The notes under the pieces were generated by a model. It saw nothing but the letters and a program-made list of their open reading frames with translations. It had not been told where the DNA came from and did not search any database. Of a stretch of DNA of 64,000 bases, positions 9,357 to 19,459 are shown piece by piece; the stretch's first letter is position 1; each line of letters begins with the position of its first letter. A program made the position numbers and the translations under genes. The stretch is taken from positions 32,001 through 96,000 of IMG/VR virus record IMGVR_UViG_3300043788_000040; one strand, 5' to 3'. This DNA comes from a virus.

Positions 9357-9800
9357 ATGTCGGCGGCCTCTCGCACGATGGTGTATGCAGACGGGACGAC
9401 GGTAGAAGGCTCCACTCATCCGCAGGTGGACTCGGGGTTCGGCTTCACATGCGACGAAGAGATTCTACCCTTTATCGCTGCTTTTTATTCTGTGGGGATG
9501 CAGACTTTGGGTTCTTGTCAAGGCATCTCGGCGTGGAGTCCAGCGGTTATCGTGGCGTCTACTTTCTCAGCGACGCCTACAGGATTCCCCCGGCGTTGGA
9601 TCGCGTACACGCACACTGACCCACAAGTCGTTTTTAATTTTGCTCTCTATATCAGAGACGGAGTGGGGGAGATTGGCGGATGGGCGCAGGCAGTGATGGC
9701 AGATCACCACTCTGCACCGGATGCCGTTTTTGCTGCACTGGAGTTCACTCCTGATTTTGACGCCAAGATGCTTGACCTAATCAAGGCGTGGGAGGGGTAA
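9357..9800 (+). CDS. Hypothetical protein
   Basis: Abuts the upstream gene; DEEI..GMQTLGSCQG. Confidence 0.6.
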   Translation: MSAASRTMVYADGTTVEGSTHPQVDSGFGFTCDEEILPFIAAFYSVGMQTLGSCQGISAWSPAVIVASTFSATPTGFPRRWIAYTHTDPQVVFNFALYIRDGVGEIGGWAQAVMADHHSAPDAVFAALEFTPDFDAKMLDLIKAWEG

Positions 9801-9801
9801 A

Positions 9802-10089
9802 ATGGCTGTTGTTACGCACTTCACAATCTCCGGTACCTGCAACATAAACGGAACAACGATAACCATAGGCGGCAGCGGCTCTGGAACTCAGATCGTTTCT
9901 GGTGGAACCTATTCCTTTACCGCCGCCTTCGTGGCGGGAAACTTCCCGCTCACCGTCACCCCATCCCTGTCCGGGTTCAATTTCTCCCCGACCGTCATCA
10001 ACGAACCCACGCCTGTCAACGACACGAACGCGAACTTCATTGGCAACACCGTTGCGGGGCAGGTCGGGGCGTTCGCGGTGGGGATTTGA
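9802..10089 (+). CDS. Small beta-rich structural protein
   Basis: Strong RBS; Thr/Gly-rich Ig-like composition. Confidence 0.6.
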   Translation: MAVVTHFTISGTCNINGTTITIGGSGSGTQIVSGGTYSFTAAFVAGNFPLTVTPSLSGFNFSPTVINEPTPVNDTNANFIGNTVAGQVGAFAVGI

Positions 10090-10214
10090 CCCGATTTCGG
10101 CTTTAGCCGCTTCGGGCACAGTAATATACGGGGTTGAAAACGCTGTAAGGGTCTGAAAATGCTTGTAGGTAACCAAAAATTCCGATTTTCAAAGGCTAGA
10201 TAGAGAGGGTAAAA

Positions 10215-11948
10215 ATGTCAACACCAACAGTATACATGGGACTTCCGAACCCGACAGTCGGCGGCGACGCCAACGTCTGGGGTGGTTTCCTCAACACCTG
10301 CATCACCGGATTCGACACCTTGGCGGTCTACAACGTCGTCCCCGTGGCGGCGAACGCGACTCTGGGAATCTTCAACGGCCCGGCGCTCATCAAGGCGACG
10401 GCTGGCGTCGGTGGCATCACCCTCACACTCCCCGACGCAACGATTCCAGCGAATAAGGGTCGTGTTTACAACGTCGTAAAGGTAGACGCCGCAGTCGGCA
10501 CAGTTACCCTATCACCCTTCGGCGGACAGACAATTTCCGGCCAAGCGAGCGTAGTCATTTCCACTCAGTGGTTTGGCGTTGTCATTCAATCTGACGGCGC
10601 GAACTGGATCGTCTTGGACTTTGATTCCGCCCTCCCGGTCTTCACGTCCAACGGCGTCCTAATCGGCAACGGCACCAACACCCCGACGTCCACTTCTGCT
10701 GCACCCCCGAACTCAATCCTGACAGGCGGCACCAGCGCAGGCATCGTGGGAACGCAGTTGCTCACGGCAGCGTCCTACGCAATCCTCGGCGCAAGCGGAG
10801 TCTCCAACACAGGCGCATCGCTGATCGCTGGCGGTAACGTCGGTTCCTTCCCGACCAACACGATCACCGGACTGACGGGCGCTAACTACACGGCACCCGC
10901 ACAGACGGTCACCGCGGTCTCCCAGAACCAGACAGACCTGCAAGCAGCCATTGTTTTCTATCAGGGCTTGACGCCTTCCACTTCCGGTTTGACTTCGTTT
11001 GGCACCACAACTTTCACCGCCGTAGCCACAGGCTACGCTGGCGGTCCCGGCTTCGTCGGTAACGCAGCAAGCACCCTGCACTTCACGGGCGGCACGATCA
11101 CCCTTGACGGCGCAGGACTAACGAACCCCGTGTTCGTCTTCCAGGTTGGTTCGGCACTCAACGTTGACACCGCTACGACTACATTCAACCTGATCAACAA
11201 CGCAACCGCAGCGAACGTGGTCTTCGTGGTCACAAGCTCGGCTGTGTTTGACGCACACCCGCACATCTTCTCTGGAAACATTCTTGCCAGCACGAGCATC
11301 ACGCTCAATGGCGGAACCCTCACGGGTCGTGCTCTTGCACACACGGGAGCGGTCACCCTCTCCTCGGCGACCAACATCGTCGTCCCGGCTGGCGGAAGCG
11401 GCGCACCGTCGTTCTCCTCAACACCGACCCTCACCTCGCTGGCAACGGTCGGAGCGATTGTGGCTGGCACGACCATCGCATCCGCATCTTTGTCAACCAC
11501 AGGCTTCATTTCGGTTGGTTCCACGATCTCCTCGTACAACGGTCAGGTAACCGCTGGCAACGGCATCGCGTCTATCGTAGCAGCTACCTCACAGAAGTCC
11601 GAGTCCGCTGCCGATGCGAACGTCCTCACATTCACCCCGCCAGCGCTGGCAGGCACCTACAGGGTGCGTTTCGTCCTGTCGGTCTCGGCCGCCGCGGCTG
11701 CTGTCCTCGGATGGACGGCAACATGGACGGACTCAAACGGCAACGCTCAGACTCCGACGAATCTTGCTTTGAGCCAAGCCGGAACCGCACCCGCAGCATT
11801 GACATTTACGACGTCCTCCGCAGGAAACTACTACGGTTTCGCTGATATTGACATCAACAACGCTGCAACGCCTATCGTGATCAAGTTTACTCTCACGGGC
11901 GGCACCATCACTGCCAAGGCGTCGGCAACAATTGAACGCATGATCTAA
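10215..11948 (+). CDS. Virion fibre protein containing a DUF3494 ice-binding-like domain
   Basis: N-terminal LPNPTVGGDANVWG; central AASYAILGASGVSNTG..VFVFQVGSAL..AANVVFVV..FSGNILASTSITL..GRALAHTGAVTL. Confidence 0.8.
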   Translation: MSTPTVYMGLPNPTVGGDANVWGGFLNTCITGFDTLAVYNVVPVAANATLGIFNGPALIKATAGVGGITLTLPDATIPANKGRVYNVVKVDAAVGTVTLSPFGGQTISGQASVVISTQWFGVVIQSDGANWIVLDFDSALPVFTSNGVLIGNGTNTPTSTSAAPPNSILTGGTSAGIVGTQLLTAASYAILGASGVSNTGASLIAGGNVGSFPTNTITGLTGANYTAPAQTVTAVSQNQTDLQAAIVFYQGLTPSTSGLTSFGTTTFTAVATGYAGGPGFVGNAASTLHFTGGTITLDGAGLTNPVFVFQVGSALNVDTATTTFNLINNATAANVVFVVTSSAVFDAHPHIFSGNILASTSITLNGGTLTGRALAHTGAVTLSSATNIVVPAGGSGAPSFSSTPTLTSLATVGAIVAGTTIASASLSTTGFISVGSTISSYNGQVTAGNGIASIVAATSQKSESAADANVLTFTPPALAGTYRVRFVLSVSAAAAAVLGWTATWTDSNGNAQTPTNLALSQAGTAPAALTFTTSSAGNYYGFADIDINNAATPIVIKFTLTGGTITAKASATIERMI

Positions 11949-12083
11949 TTCCTCCCGCCCGGCGAGTATTATGTCCTATGGGCGTACGTTCGCCGGGTTT
12001 TAGCCTCTTCAAAGTCAATAAAACAAAGAGCTTATATCTAGCCGTTTTCGCCCCATTCGCTGTATACTAGGGATGGAGGCAAC

Positions 12084-13775
12084 GTGTCAGACACAGCCGA
12101 AAAACTTGTCCAGATCAAGAACCTGACCTCCGAGCGTTCCACCAACCTGCGTGACCATTTCCCTTTCGCCGAAGTGCGTGGCAATCAAGAGGCGACTCTT
12201 GACAAGCTGGCGAAGTGGACTTCTTCTCCCCAAAAATTCTTCCTCTTGGAAGGACCGACTGGATTCGGAAAGTCGCCCGTTGACATTGCCTGTGCGTCGC
12301 ACGCAAAGACTCTGCCGGGCTACGGCACATTTGAACAGGGCGCATACATCCTGACACCGCAGAAGACTCTTGCCGAGCAGTACATGAAGGATTTCCGTGA
12401 TCATGGTTTGGTTGAACTGAAAGGGCGCTCCAACTACACGTGCAGCAAGTGGAGCCAGATCACGGGCGAGGAAGTTGATTGCGAGACGGGCGGCACCCTC
12501 AATGAATCCACCGGGCTGGACGAGAAATGCACGTCCTGCCCCTACCGTGCTGCGAAAGACAACTTCATTGCGCAGCCCTTCGGCACCACGAATTTCGCCT
12601 ACTACCTGAACGAGACGAACCACGCCGGGGAACTTGAGAACCGCAACATGCTGATCTTGGACGAAGGGCACAACACCGAAGATCAGATTCTCAGCCTGAC
12701 CGACACCGAGATCAACCAACGCCGCTGCGATGAATACGGCGCAGGGAAGTTGCCCATCTTTGACGCCGGGGACAACGAAGCCGTCCTGCGGTGGCTTGAC
12801 AACACGTTTGTTCCAGCAGCCAACATCCACGCCTTCAAGCTGGCGAAGGCTTTCAAGGAATCACGGGACGACGAGCGCATCAAGGTTGTACGCAAGCAGA
12901 AGGCGCTGGAAAACTACCTTTCCCGAATCCAGATGTTCAGCAACTCCGCAGACCCCGGCGAGTGGTTCGTGTGGTCTGACTGGTCTGTGAACAAGAACAC
13001 TGGCAAGAGCTACGGCACTGGCGACCTGTTCATCAAGCCGCTGACCGCCCGGCTGTTCGCTGACAAGCTTCTTTTCTCCAAGGCGCAGAAGGTGCTGATC
13101 ACTTCCGCAACCATCCTTGACTTCACGACCTTCATGCGCAACCTTGGCATTGACAAGAACAACGCACAGGTGCAAGCGGTGGATTCCGAGTTCCCGGTTG
13201 AGAACCGCCCGATGTTCTACCGCCCGGTCGGCAGCATGTCGTACAACAACATTGACAAGACACTGCCGCTGATGGCGCAAGAAGTTGAAGCGCTGCTGAC
13301 CCGCTACATGGGGAAGAAGGGCATCGTCCACACCAACTCGTACAAGGTCAACAAGTACATCACCGAGTATCTGATGTCCACGTCACACGCCTCCCGCATC
13401 ATCACGCATGACAATTCTCGTGGCGCACGTGAGGCGGCGCAAGTGAAGCACCTGACGTCAAAAGAGCCGACCGTTTTGTTCTCGCCTTCCATGACCGAAG
13501 GCTTGGACTTGAAAGAAGATTTGAGCCGCTTCCAGATCATCTGCAAGGTGCCGTATCCGGCGCTTGACCCTTACACCCGAGCACGCATGAACCGTGACAG
13601 CCAGTGGTATCAATGGCAGACGGCGCTCAAGCTGGTGCAGGGCACCGGGCGCAGCGTGCGCAGCAAGACCGACCGGGCGCACACCTACATCCTTGACGCC
13701 GACTTCGCCAAGTTCATCCAACAGAACAACCGCACTCTTCCGAAGTACTGGCTAGACGCAATCATTTGGGGATAA
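12084..13775 (+). CDS. DinG/XPD-family SF2 helicase
   Basis: GPTGFGKS, LKGRSNYTC..C..C..CPY (Fe-S), DEGH, TSAT, EGLD, QGTGRSVRS. Confidence 0.9.
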   Translation: MSDTAEKLVQIKNLTSERSTNLRDHFPFAEVRGNQEATLDKLAKWTSSPQKFFLLEGPTGFGKSPVDIACASHAKTLPGYGTFEQGAYILTPQKTLAEQYMKDFRDHGLVELKGRSNYTCSKWSQITGEEVDCETGGTLNESTGLDEKCTSCPYRAAKDNFIAQPFGTTNFAYYLNETNHAGELENRNMLILDEGHNTEDQILSLTDTEINQRRCDEYGAGKLPIFDAGDNEAVLRWLDNTFVPAANIHAFKLAKAFKESRDDERIKVVRKQKALENYLSRIQMFSNSADPGEWFVWSDWSVNKNTGKSYGTGDLFIKPLTARLFADKLLFSKAQKVLITSATILDFTTFMRNLGIDKNNAQVQAVDSEFPVENRPMFYRPVGSMSYNNIDKTLPLMAQEVEALLTRYMGKKGIVHTNSYKVNKYITEYLMSTSHASRIITHDNSRGAREAAQVKHLTSKEPTVLFSPSMTEGLDLKEDLSRFQIICKVPYPALDPYTRARMNRDSQWYQWQTALKLVQGTGRSVRSKTDRAHTYILDADFAKFIQQNNRTLPKYWLDAIIWG

Positions 13776-13787
13776 AGGACTTACGGC

Positions 13788-13817
13788 TAGACAAAATCCC
13801 CCACCCTGCTGTATACT
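13788..13817 (+). promoter_or_regulatory. Sigma70-like promoter
   Basis: TAGACA-18-TATACT; similar CCC..CTGTATACT elements at ~12040-12069 and 39073-39102. Confidence 0.55.
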
Positions 13818-13838
13818 ATAGCTGGAGGAAACGACCAA

Positions 13839-14489
13839 ATGATTAAAGCCTTTGACAAGTCCAACCTGAAAACGCTTCGTGCCGACATTGACGCTGCCTT
13901 CGCAGCCATCCGCCAGAAGCATGGCGTTTCCATCTCCATCGGCAACATCAGCTACAGCCCCGAGAAAGCCACGAGCCGACTCACGTTGGTCGCCGTTGGT
14001 GACCCGAGCCTCGCCAGTGACCCCCGTGCCGCCGCCGCCGTCAAGATGCAGGGCGAGTTCAAACTCTACGCCCCGTCCTTCGGACTCACGGCTGAGCAGT
14101 ACGGTGCGATCATCAAGCACGGGCGTGACACCTACAAGCTGGTCGGCTTCTCGCCACGCTCCCCACGATTCCCGATTCTTGCGACGAACATTGCGAACGG
14201 CAAAACCTTCAAGCTGCCCGAGTCCGCCATCGTCAGCTTGCAGAGCAAAGAGCACAAGGAAATGTTCGGCATCACGTCCTCAACAACGCCAACCGCCTCG
14301 GGTATGTGCTCCAACGACAACGCCTACGACGACAAGTTCAACCCCATCGGCAAGTGCAACCGTCCGGCGACCACGAGCCGCAAGGATGGCTTCGGTCGCC
14401 CCGCCCGGATGCAGCCCTTCTGCACCAAGTGCGCCGAACTGATTGACGAAGCTACTGCCGAAGCCCGTGCGGAAGGGCGAGCGTCCTAA
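13839..14489 (+). CDS. Phage hypothetical protein with C-terminal Cys cluster
   Basis: GGAGG RBS; codon usage like neighbours. Confidence 0.75.
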   Translation: MIKAFDKSNLKTLRADIDAAFAAIRQKHGVSISIGNISYSPEKATSRLTLVAVGDPSLASDPRAAAAVKMQGEFKLYAPSFGLTAEQYGAIIKHGRDTYKLVGFSPRSPRFPILATNIANGKTFKLPESAIVSLQSKEHKEMFGITSSTTPTASGMCSNDNAYDDKFNPIGKCNRPATTSRKDGFGRPARMQPFCTKCAELIDEATAEARAEGRAS

Positions 14490-14625
14490 TGGACGTCGCC
14501 TCGGCTGTTTTCGCTTACCTGTTCTTCGTTGCTGCCATCTTCGTGGCGTACTATGCGATGAAGTTCACGGCGATGCGCCGGGAGCAACGTGAGGAAGCTG
14601 CCAAGCGCCGAGCAAAGATGAAATC

Positions 14626-14823
14626 ATGACCGAACCTAAGATCACCGTTAACGGAGTGGAACTCAGCGTCGGGCAAGCAATGACCCTGCGTGTAGCCCTC
14701 ACCAGCTTCATCTTCGGCATGAAGGAAGATGGGCTTGGCGACGACGAGCACGGCATCGCCATGGCAAGCGGGTACATTGACCGAGGCAGCGAAGTGCTTC
14801 TGCTGATGTTGGGGCAACGATAA
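14626..14823 (+). CDS. Hypothetical protein
   Basis: Small ORF in a tightly coupled operon. Confidence 0.6.
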   Translation: MTEPKITVNGVELSVGQAMTLRVALTSFIFGMKEDGLGDDEHGIAMASGYIDRGSEVLLLMLGQR

Positions 14824-15029
14824 TGGCTCACGAACTGTTTGACATTTGGGAGGTTGAAGAACTCGTTGAGTACCCTTGGCGTGCTCAGCTTATCAACTAC
14901 GTGGGGCAGTTTGCCACGAAGGAACTGGCAGAGCGCTACGTCGCTGCGGTGGTGAAGGCAAGGGCGCAGCAGGAGAAAACGCAGTACATGGAAGCCGCCG
15001 AGATGCCCCGAAAGAAAAACGTCAAGTAA
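14823..15029 (+). CDS. Hypothetical protein
   Basis: TAATG coupling. Confidence 0.6.
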   Translation: MAHELFDIWEVEELVEYPWRAQLINYVGQFATKELAERYVAAVVKARAQQEKTQYMEAAEMPRKKNVK

Positions 15030-15048
15030 AACCCCGTATTAGACCTGC

Positions 15049-15372
15049 ATGCTGACCCACCGCCAGCGAAAGCGGCTCCCCAAAATGAAGGACATCGCCA
15101 TGATGTGGCGGGCGCTTCAAGGCTCAATTCCCATGGACGTGCAGCCTTACCAAGGACTGCGTGAGTCGTACCGGGGGGTTGTCAACTACAGAATTGCGTC
15201 AGCCACCGCCGAACGCGAGTGGACGGTGGATGTCTATCATGGTGGGTACTTTGTGGTTACCGCACGAGGCTACACCCAGCCCTGCCCCACCATTCCTTCC
15301 GCTATCGGACATCTCAGACGTATGTTAGGATTGAGGGATGTACATCGCACGCATACCAAAGCACGTTCCTAA
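15049..15372 (+). CDS. Hypothetical protein
   Basis: GTATT-N8-ATG start. Confidence 0.55.
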   Translation: MLTHRQRKRLPKMKDIAMMWRALQGSIPMDVQPYQGLRESYRGVVNYRIASATAEREWTVDVYHGGYFVVTARGYTQPCPTIPSAIGHLRRMLGLRDVHRTHTKARS

Positions 15373-15616
15373 ACCGCTGCTGCCCGGCCTCAAGGTCGGG
15401 GGGCTTGTCAAGACCATCACCGCCGACTATTCACAGGCGAAGAATAGCTTTGAAACGAAGCTCCTCCCGGCTGGCTCCCTCGGCAGGGTGAAGAAGATTT
15501 GGGACTTCGGTGCGCTCGCCGGGCGTGGTGGTCGCCGCTTCTATTGCGAGGTCAAGATTGAGGGGCATCCCATCACCAGTTTCTATTCGGAAGAGCTTGT
15601 CAAGGTGCGTGTCTGA
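15338..15616 (+). CDS. Hypothetical protein
   Basis: Overlapping ORF in operon. Confidence 0.55.
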   Translation: MYIARIPKHVPKPLLPGLKVGGLVKTITADYSQAKNSFETKLLPAGSLGRVKKIWDFGALAGRGGRRFYCEVKIEGHPITSFYSEELVKVRV

Positions 15617-16203
15617 TGGCGAAGAAGAGAAAGAAGAAACGTGGAACGATTGTCCCGATCCACTCCAGAGAGGAGTTAGGGAAGGTGCTTGCAATCCAGC
15701 AAGCTGTGTCCGACCGGGCACGACATGAACTGGTGAGCAGCAACCCGGCGACGCCAAAAGAGTTCGTTGAAATAGCCGCTAAAACATTGGAGAAATACGC
15801 ACGCTACTCCACTATGACCGAGTACCAGTTCGCACCGAACCTCGCGGACAGTGAAAAATGGGGTGCGACATTCGGCGTGACAGCCCTCGTGGGTGCGCTG
15901 ATTCTTGAACACGCTCGCAGGCTGATGGGCGTGCGTTCCGACCTGATGCTGGAATACCTGCGCTTCCTTGACACCCTCGCTGAACCGGGCGGCGGCAGCA
16001 TTGACATGAACGCCCTCAATCGTGTCTTCGCCGTATTGTCCGAAAATTACGGTATAGTTTGGACAAACGGTGACAGCCTGTCGCTGACAGTCGCCGGGAA
16101 GCGGGTCTACCTGCACATGCTGGACGCGGCGAAGTTCGTGGAGGAGGCGGTCAAGGCACACCGAAAATTCAAGGAATCCAAGGAACCGAGTATTCCCCTG
16201 TGA
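15616..16203 (+). CDS. Hypothetical protein
   Basis: TGATG coupling. Confidence 0.65.
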   Translation: MAKKRKKKRGTIVPIHSREELGKVLAIQQAVSDRARHELVSSNPATPKEFVEIAAKTLEKYARYSTMTEYQFAPNLADSEKWGATFGVTALVGALILEHARRLMGVRSDLMLEYLRFLDTLAEPGGGSIDMNALNRVFAVLSENYGIVWTNGDSLSLTVAGKRVYLHMLDAAKFVEEAVKAHRKFKESKEPSIPL

Positions 16204-16721
16204 TGCGTCGAATCTACCTAGCTGCGCCATTTGACTGGATAGGCCGGATGAAGGTCTATGCGGAGCAGCTTCGTGCCCTCGGCTTTGAGGTCACTTCACG
16301 CTGGCTGGACGAGCAGGACAAGGGTGGCGACACCGACCTCACCGACGCGGATGGCGGCACCCAGCTTGACAAAACCGAGCTTGCGATCAGCTTCGCAGTG
16401 CGTGACATCCGCAACATCCTCATCGCGGACACCATCATTGAGTTCAACCCAGGTAAGGCTCTCGTGCGTAACACACGCTTGGCGGAATTCGGCGGGGCGC
16501 TGTTTCTCGGTAAGCAGTGCATCGTAATCGGCCCGGAAAACCCAAAGCACAAGAATCGCATTGATACGGTCTTCTGTCTCCTCGGCGAAGGCTCCATCCC
16601 AGAGGACTTGGCAACGGCGGGAATTAAACCCGTTAAGCATTACGATACGTGGGGAGATTTCCTTGAGTTCGCTGTGATGGAGGCTGCTAAGAAAAATGGG
16701 ACTGCCGTACCTACCACATGA
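16203..16721 (+). CDS. Nucleoside 2-deoxyribosyltransferase-like protein
   Basis: IYLAAPF..VTSRWL..D..ADTII..EFGGA. Confidence 0.65.
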   Translation: MRRIYLAAPFDWIGRMKVYAEQLRALGFEVTSRWLDEQDKGGDTDLTDADGGTQLDKTELAISFAVRDIRNILIADTIIEFNPGKALVRNTRLAEFGGALFLGKQCIVIGPENPKHKNRIDTVFCLLGEGSIPEDLATAGIKPVKHYDTWGDFLEFAVMEAAKKNGTAVPTT

Positions 16722-16995
16722 TCTGACGACCAAGACTGTCTGCCTCGCCATCAGCATGCTGATGGCTCTCTTCATGTACATTCCTCTGTTCAGGCGATTC
16801 GCTAAGCGTCACCATACCCGTGATCTCTCAAAGACTTTCTGCTGGCTCAATTTTGCAGTCCAAGTGAACAACGGCGTGCTGGCATTTTCGGAGCATGCTC
16901 CTTTTCTCGTTTTCTGGTATTCGGTGCAGACCGTTACCACGGGAATTACTCTGTGGCTGGTCTACAAATACTGGGACTTTCCCTCCCCAAAATAG
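16696..16995 (+). CDS. PQ-loop/SemiSWEET-like 3-TM membrane protein
   Basis: YIPLF..TRDLS followed by two more TM helices. Confidence 0.55.
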   Translation: MGLPYLPHDLTTKTVCLAISMLMALFMYIPLFRRFAKRHHTRDLSKTFCWLNFAVQVNNGVLAFSEHAPFLVFWYSVQTVTTGITLWLVYKYWDFPSPK

Positions 16996-17038
16996 CCCCA
17001 AAATACTCACTACGGAACCCTCCTAAGGAGGCATTCAC

Positions 17039-17203
17039 ATGACAATTCTCATCGGTATCCCCAGCGTTATCACCGCCGCACTCACTTGGTCCCACGCAGC
17101 GGTTGCAGTAATCGGTGCGGTTGCGCACAAAATCTGGTCAAAGCTCGTCGGAGCCGAAAAGGCTGCCGCGGCCGAGATCGCAAAGCTCAAGTCCAAGGTC
17201 TAA
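17039..17203 (+). CDS. Small hydrophobic/basic protein
   Basis: AAGGAGG RBS; 54 aa, below the track cut-off. Confidence 0.65.
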   Translation: MTILIGIPSVITAALTWSHAAVAVIGAVAHKIWSKLVGAEKAAAAEIAKLKSKV

Positions 17204-17227
17204 CTCCTTTCTCAACCTGATCAAAGG

Positions 17228-17258
17228 AAAGCCCGCCATGTGCGGGCTTTTCGTTTTT
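17228..17258 (+). terminator. Rho-independent terminator
   Basis: AAAGCCCGC-CATGT-GCGGGCTTT + T tract. Confidence 0.85.
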
Positions 17259-17274
17259 GCGGTATCATGTCTAT

Positions 17275-18072
17275 GTGACCGAATCACTGACAGAATACCC
17301 AACCATCCCGCTCATCCTTGAACGGGTGCCCAAGCGTCACAACGTCCTGATCGGCAACGATCCCATCCAGGTACGTTTCGCTGAACAAGTCCTCTCCATG
17401 CACCACGGCGTTCTTATCAGGCATGAGCAGGTTCCCGAGGTACGTGACGAGATGGTTCTCGGTAAGGACGAGCCTACGCTTTACCTCGTGGATGTCGTCC
17501 AACAGGTTGACCTGTCCCCGGCCGTCAAGGCTAAGACGGGGGTGTGGTCGCTTGATCTGATTGAGAAGGGCAGCGCCGGGATCAACGCCATCATCCGGCA
17601 TGCGGTCAAACTGCTGGGTATTGCGAAGCCGACCAAAGAGGTCATAACGAAAATCGGCAACGATCTTGTCAAGGACAGCGACCCCAGCAAACGGTATCTC
17701 TTAACCGACATCCGAGCCGCTGTCTGGTATGCTGCTTGGCTCCTAACTGGGCCTGCGGAAAGGAAACTGTCGTGGGTTGCGCCGTGGGAGAACTGGCAGA
17801 CGTGGCTCCCACAAGGGGGCGATGCGCCCTACCGCCTCAACTCTCTGTACTGGGAGCTTGTGAGGTGGACGTTCGCCCAGACTGGAGACGAGCGTGGCTA
17901 CCGTAGGACCGGAGGAAGCTGGGACCCTAAGCGGTTCCAGAAGCTAACAACGCTCCAGCTACCGAAGGACAAGGTCTACGACACCCTCACGGTGCTTTCA
18001 GCTTGGCGGGCACACGGATACGACCCCTACGTGTGCGTGATCCGCATATCAAAAATCTGGGTGACCCAGTAA
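17275..18072 (+). CDS. Hypothetical protein (weak clamp-loader delta-like resemblance)
   Basis: Long ORF before HU; N-terminal VLIGNDP. Confidence 0.55.
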   Translation: MTESLTEYPTIPLILERVPKRHNVLIGNDPIQVRFAEQVLSMHHGVLIRHEQVPEVRDEMVLGKDEPTLYLVDVVQQVDLSPAVKAKTGVWSLDLIEKGSAGINAIIRHAVKLLGIAKPTKEVITKIGNDLVKDSDPSKRYLLTDIRAAVWYAAWLLTGPAERKLSWVAPWENWQTWLPQGGDAPYRLNSLYWELVRWTFAQTGDERGYRRTGGSWDPKRFQKLTTLQLPKDKVYDTLTVLSAWRAHGYDPYVCVIRISKIWVTQ

Positions 18073-18132
18073 ACTCGCCTCCTTTTTCCCTTTGTTTCCG
18101 TGAGAACGCGGTATTACATGGCAGAGGGAAAC

Positions 18133-18486
18133 ATGTCAACTGGAAAATCTAAGGCTGGTCGCGAAGATTTGGTCGGGCGGGTGCAGGCAGCCCTCAACCT
18201 GACCACCAAGAAGGAAGCCGAGAACATCGTGGACACGGTGATTGAGGCTCTTGAAGCAACTCTGCTGGCGAACCTCTCCACCGACAAGTTCTCTCTGAAA
18301 CTGAATTCTTTCGGGAAATTCACAGTTAAGCACAAACCCGGTATTTATCGGAAGATACCCTTCACCGGGGAAACGAAGATGACGAGCGCTAAGCGCAAAG
18401 TCAAGTTTGTGACACTCGGTGAACTTCGGAAGAAGGAAGTGGTATCCCAAACTGACACCGAATCTAACACCCAAAAGGAAAACTAA
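18133..18486 (+). CDS. HU/IHF-family DNA-binding protein
   Basis: TKKEAENIVD..LNSFGKFTVK..RKIPFTGE..VKF. Confidence 0.9.
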   Translation: MSTGKSKAGREDLVGRVQAALNLTTKKEAENIVDTVIEALEATLLANLSTDKFSLKLNSFGKFTVKHKPGIYRKIPFTGETKMTSAKRKVKFVTLGELRKKEVVSQTDTESNTQKEN

Positions 18487-18488
18487 CT

Positions 18489-19394
18489 ATGGCAATGAAC
18501 ATGCAAACGTTTGACGATGATTTTGAATCAATCCCGACAGCAAAGGCTGGAACGACCGCAGCGGCAGCAACAGCAACCGCCACGGCTCCGGCAGCCCAAG
18601 CAGGAAACGCATCAGCGGTTCCGGCAAAGTCCACCCCGCCCGCCAAGGCAGCCGCAGCCGAAGAGGAAACCTCTCCGAAAGGCACGACTGTAGACGACAA
18701 CGAGAACCTCTCCACCGACTTTGACGACGAGAAGGTCTACGCTCGCCCCGGCCAACTGAACCGTGTCCGCCCCGATAAGGGCAAAGCTTCACGTTTCGCA
18801 TTCATCCCGAAGGAATGGGTTGCTCCGCAAACCGCCAAGTCCCACTGGGTAGACACGACCCGTGACGGCAAGGCAACAAAGGTTCGTGTGCGCTGCCTCA
18901 CCCCCATCGGCGCTGAAGGTGAGCAGGCATTTTGCTGCACCACCCTCGGAGAAGACGGCAAGATTGAAGTGGTCGCACTGGTTGTCCACTATACCAACGC
19001 CGACCCCGTAACTGGCAAGTACGAGAAGGACAAGGACGGCAACTTCCCTCCGGTTGAGTTTGAGATCGGATTCGTTGGTCTGTCCGGCTTCAACATGCGC
19101 CAGATCAAGAAGCTCCCTGATGAAGACTCCACCCCGTTCAAGATTGACATCGTGATGACTCACGCTGACGGTCGTGCATTCGGGTACGAATTCAACCGCA
19201 AGTCCAACACCCCACGCTGGACGCTGGACCCAGAAGTTGCAGCAAAGGTCAAGGCGGCAGCACAGCGCTTCCTAGACGGTAAGGCGCTGCGTGGAAAACT
19301 CGGCCAGAAGATGAACGAAATCGAGTGGAAGGCACTGCTCTCCGGCAAGAAGGTCGGCGGCGACGCAACACTCGGAAACGTGGAAGAACTGTAA
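18489..19394 (+). CDS. Probable ssDNA-binding/replication protein
   Basis: Strong RBS; Ala-rich N-terminus; H..C..CC cluster; replication context; function inferred. Confidence 0.45.
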   Translation: MAMNMQTFDDDFESIPTAKAGTTAAAATATATAPAAQAGNASAVPAKSTPPAKAAAAEEETSPKGTTVDDNENLSTDFDDEKVYARPGQLNRVRPDKGKASRFAFIPKEWVAPQTAKSHWVDTTRDGKATKVRVRCLTPIGAEGEQAFCCTTLGEDGKIEVVALVVHYTNADPVTGKYEKDKDGNFPPVEFEIGFVGLSGFNMRQIKKLPDEDSTPFKIDIVMTHADGRAFGYEFNRKSNTPRWTLDPEVAAKVKAAAQRFLDGKALRGKLGQKMNEIEWKALLSGKKVGGDATLGNVEEL

Positions 19395-19417
19395 ATCGGC
19401 TGTACATCGGCAGTACC

Positions 19418-19447
19418 GGGGGGTCGGGCAATCCTGACCCCCTTTTT
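19418..19447 (+). terminator. Rho-independent terminator
   Basis: GGGGGTCGGG-CAAT-CCTGACCCCC + TTTTT. Confidence 0.8.
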
Positions 19448-19459
19448 CTTGGAGGAACA

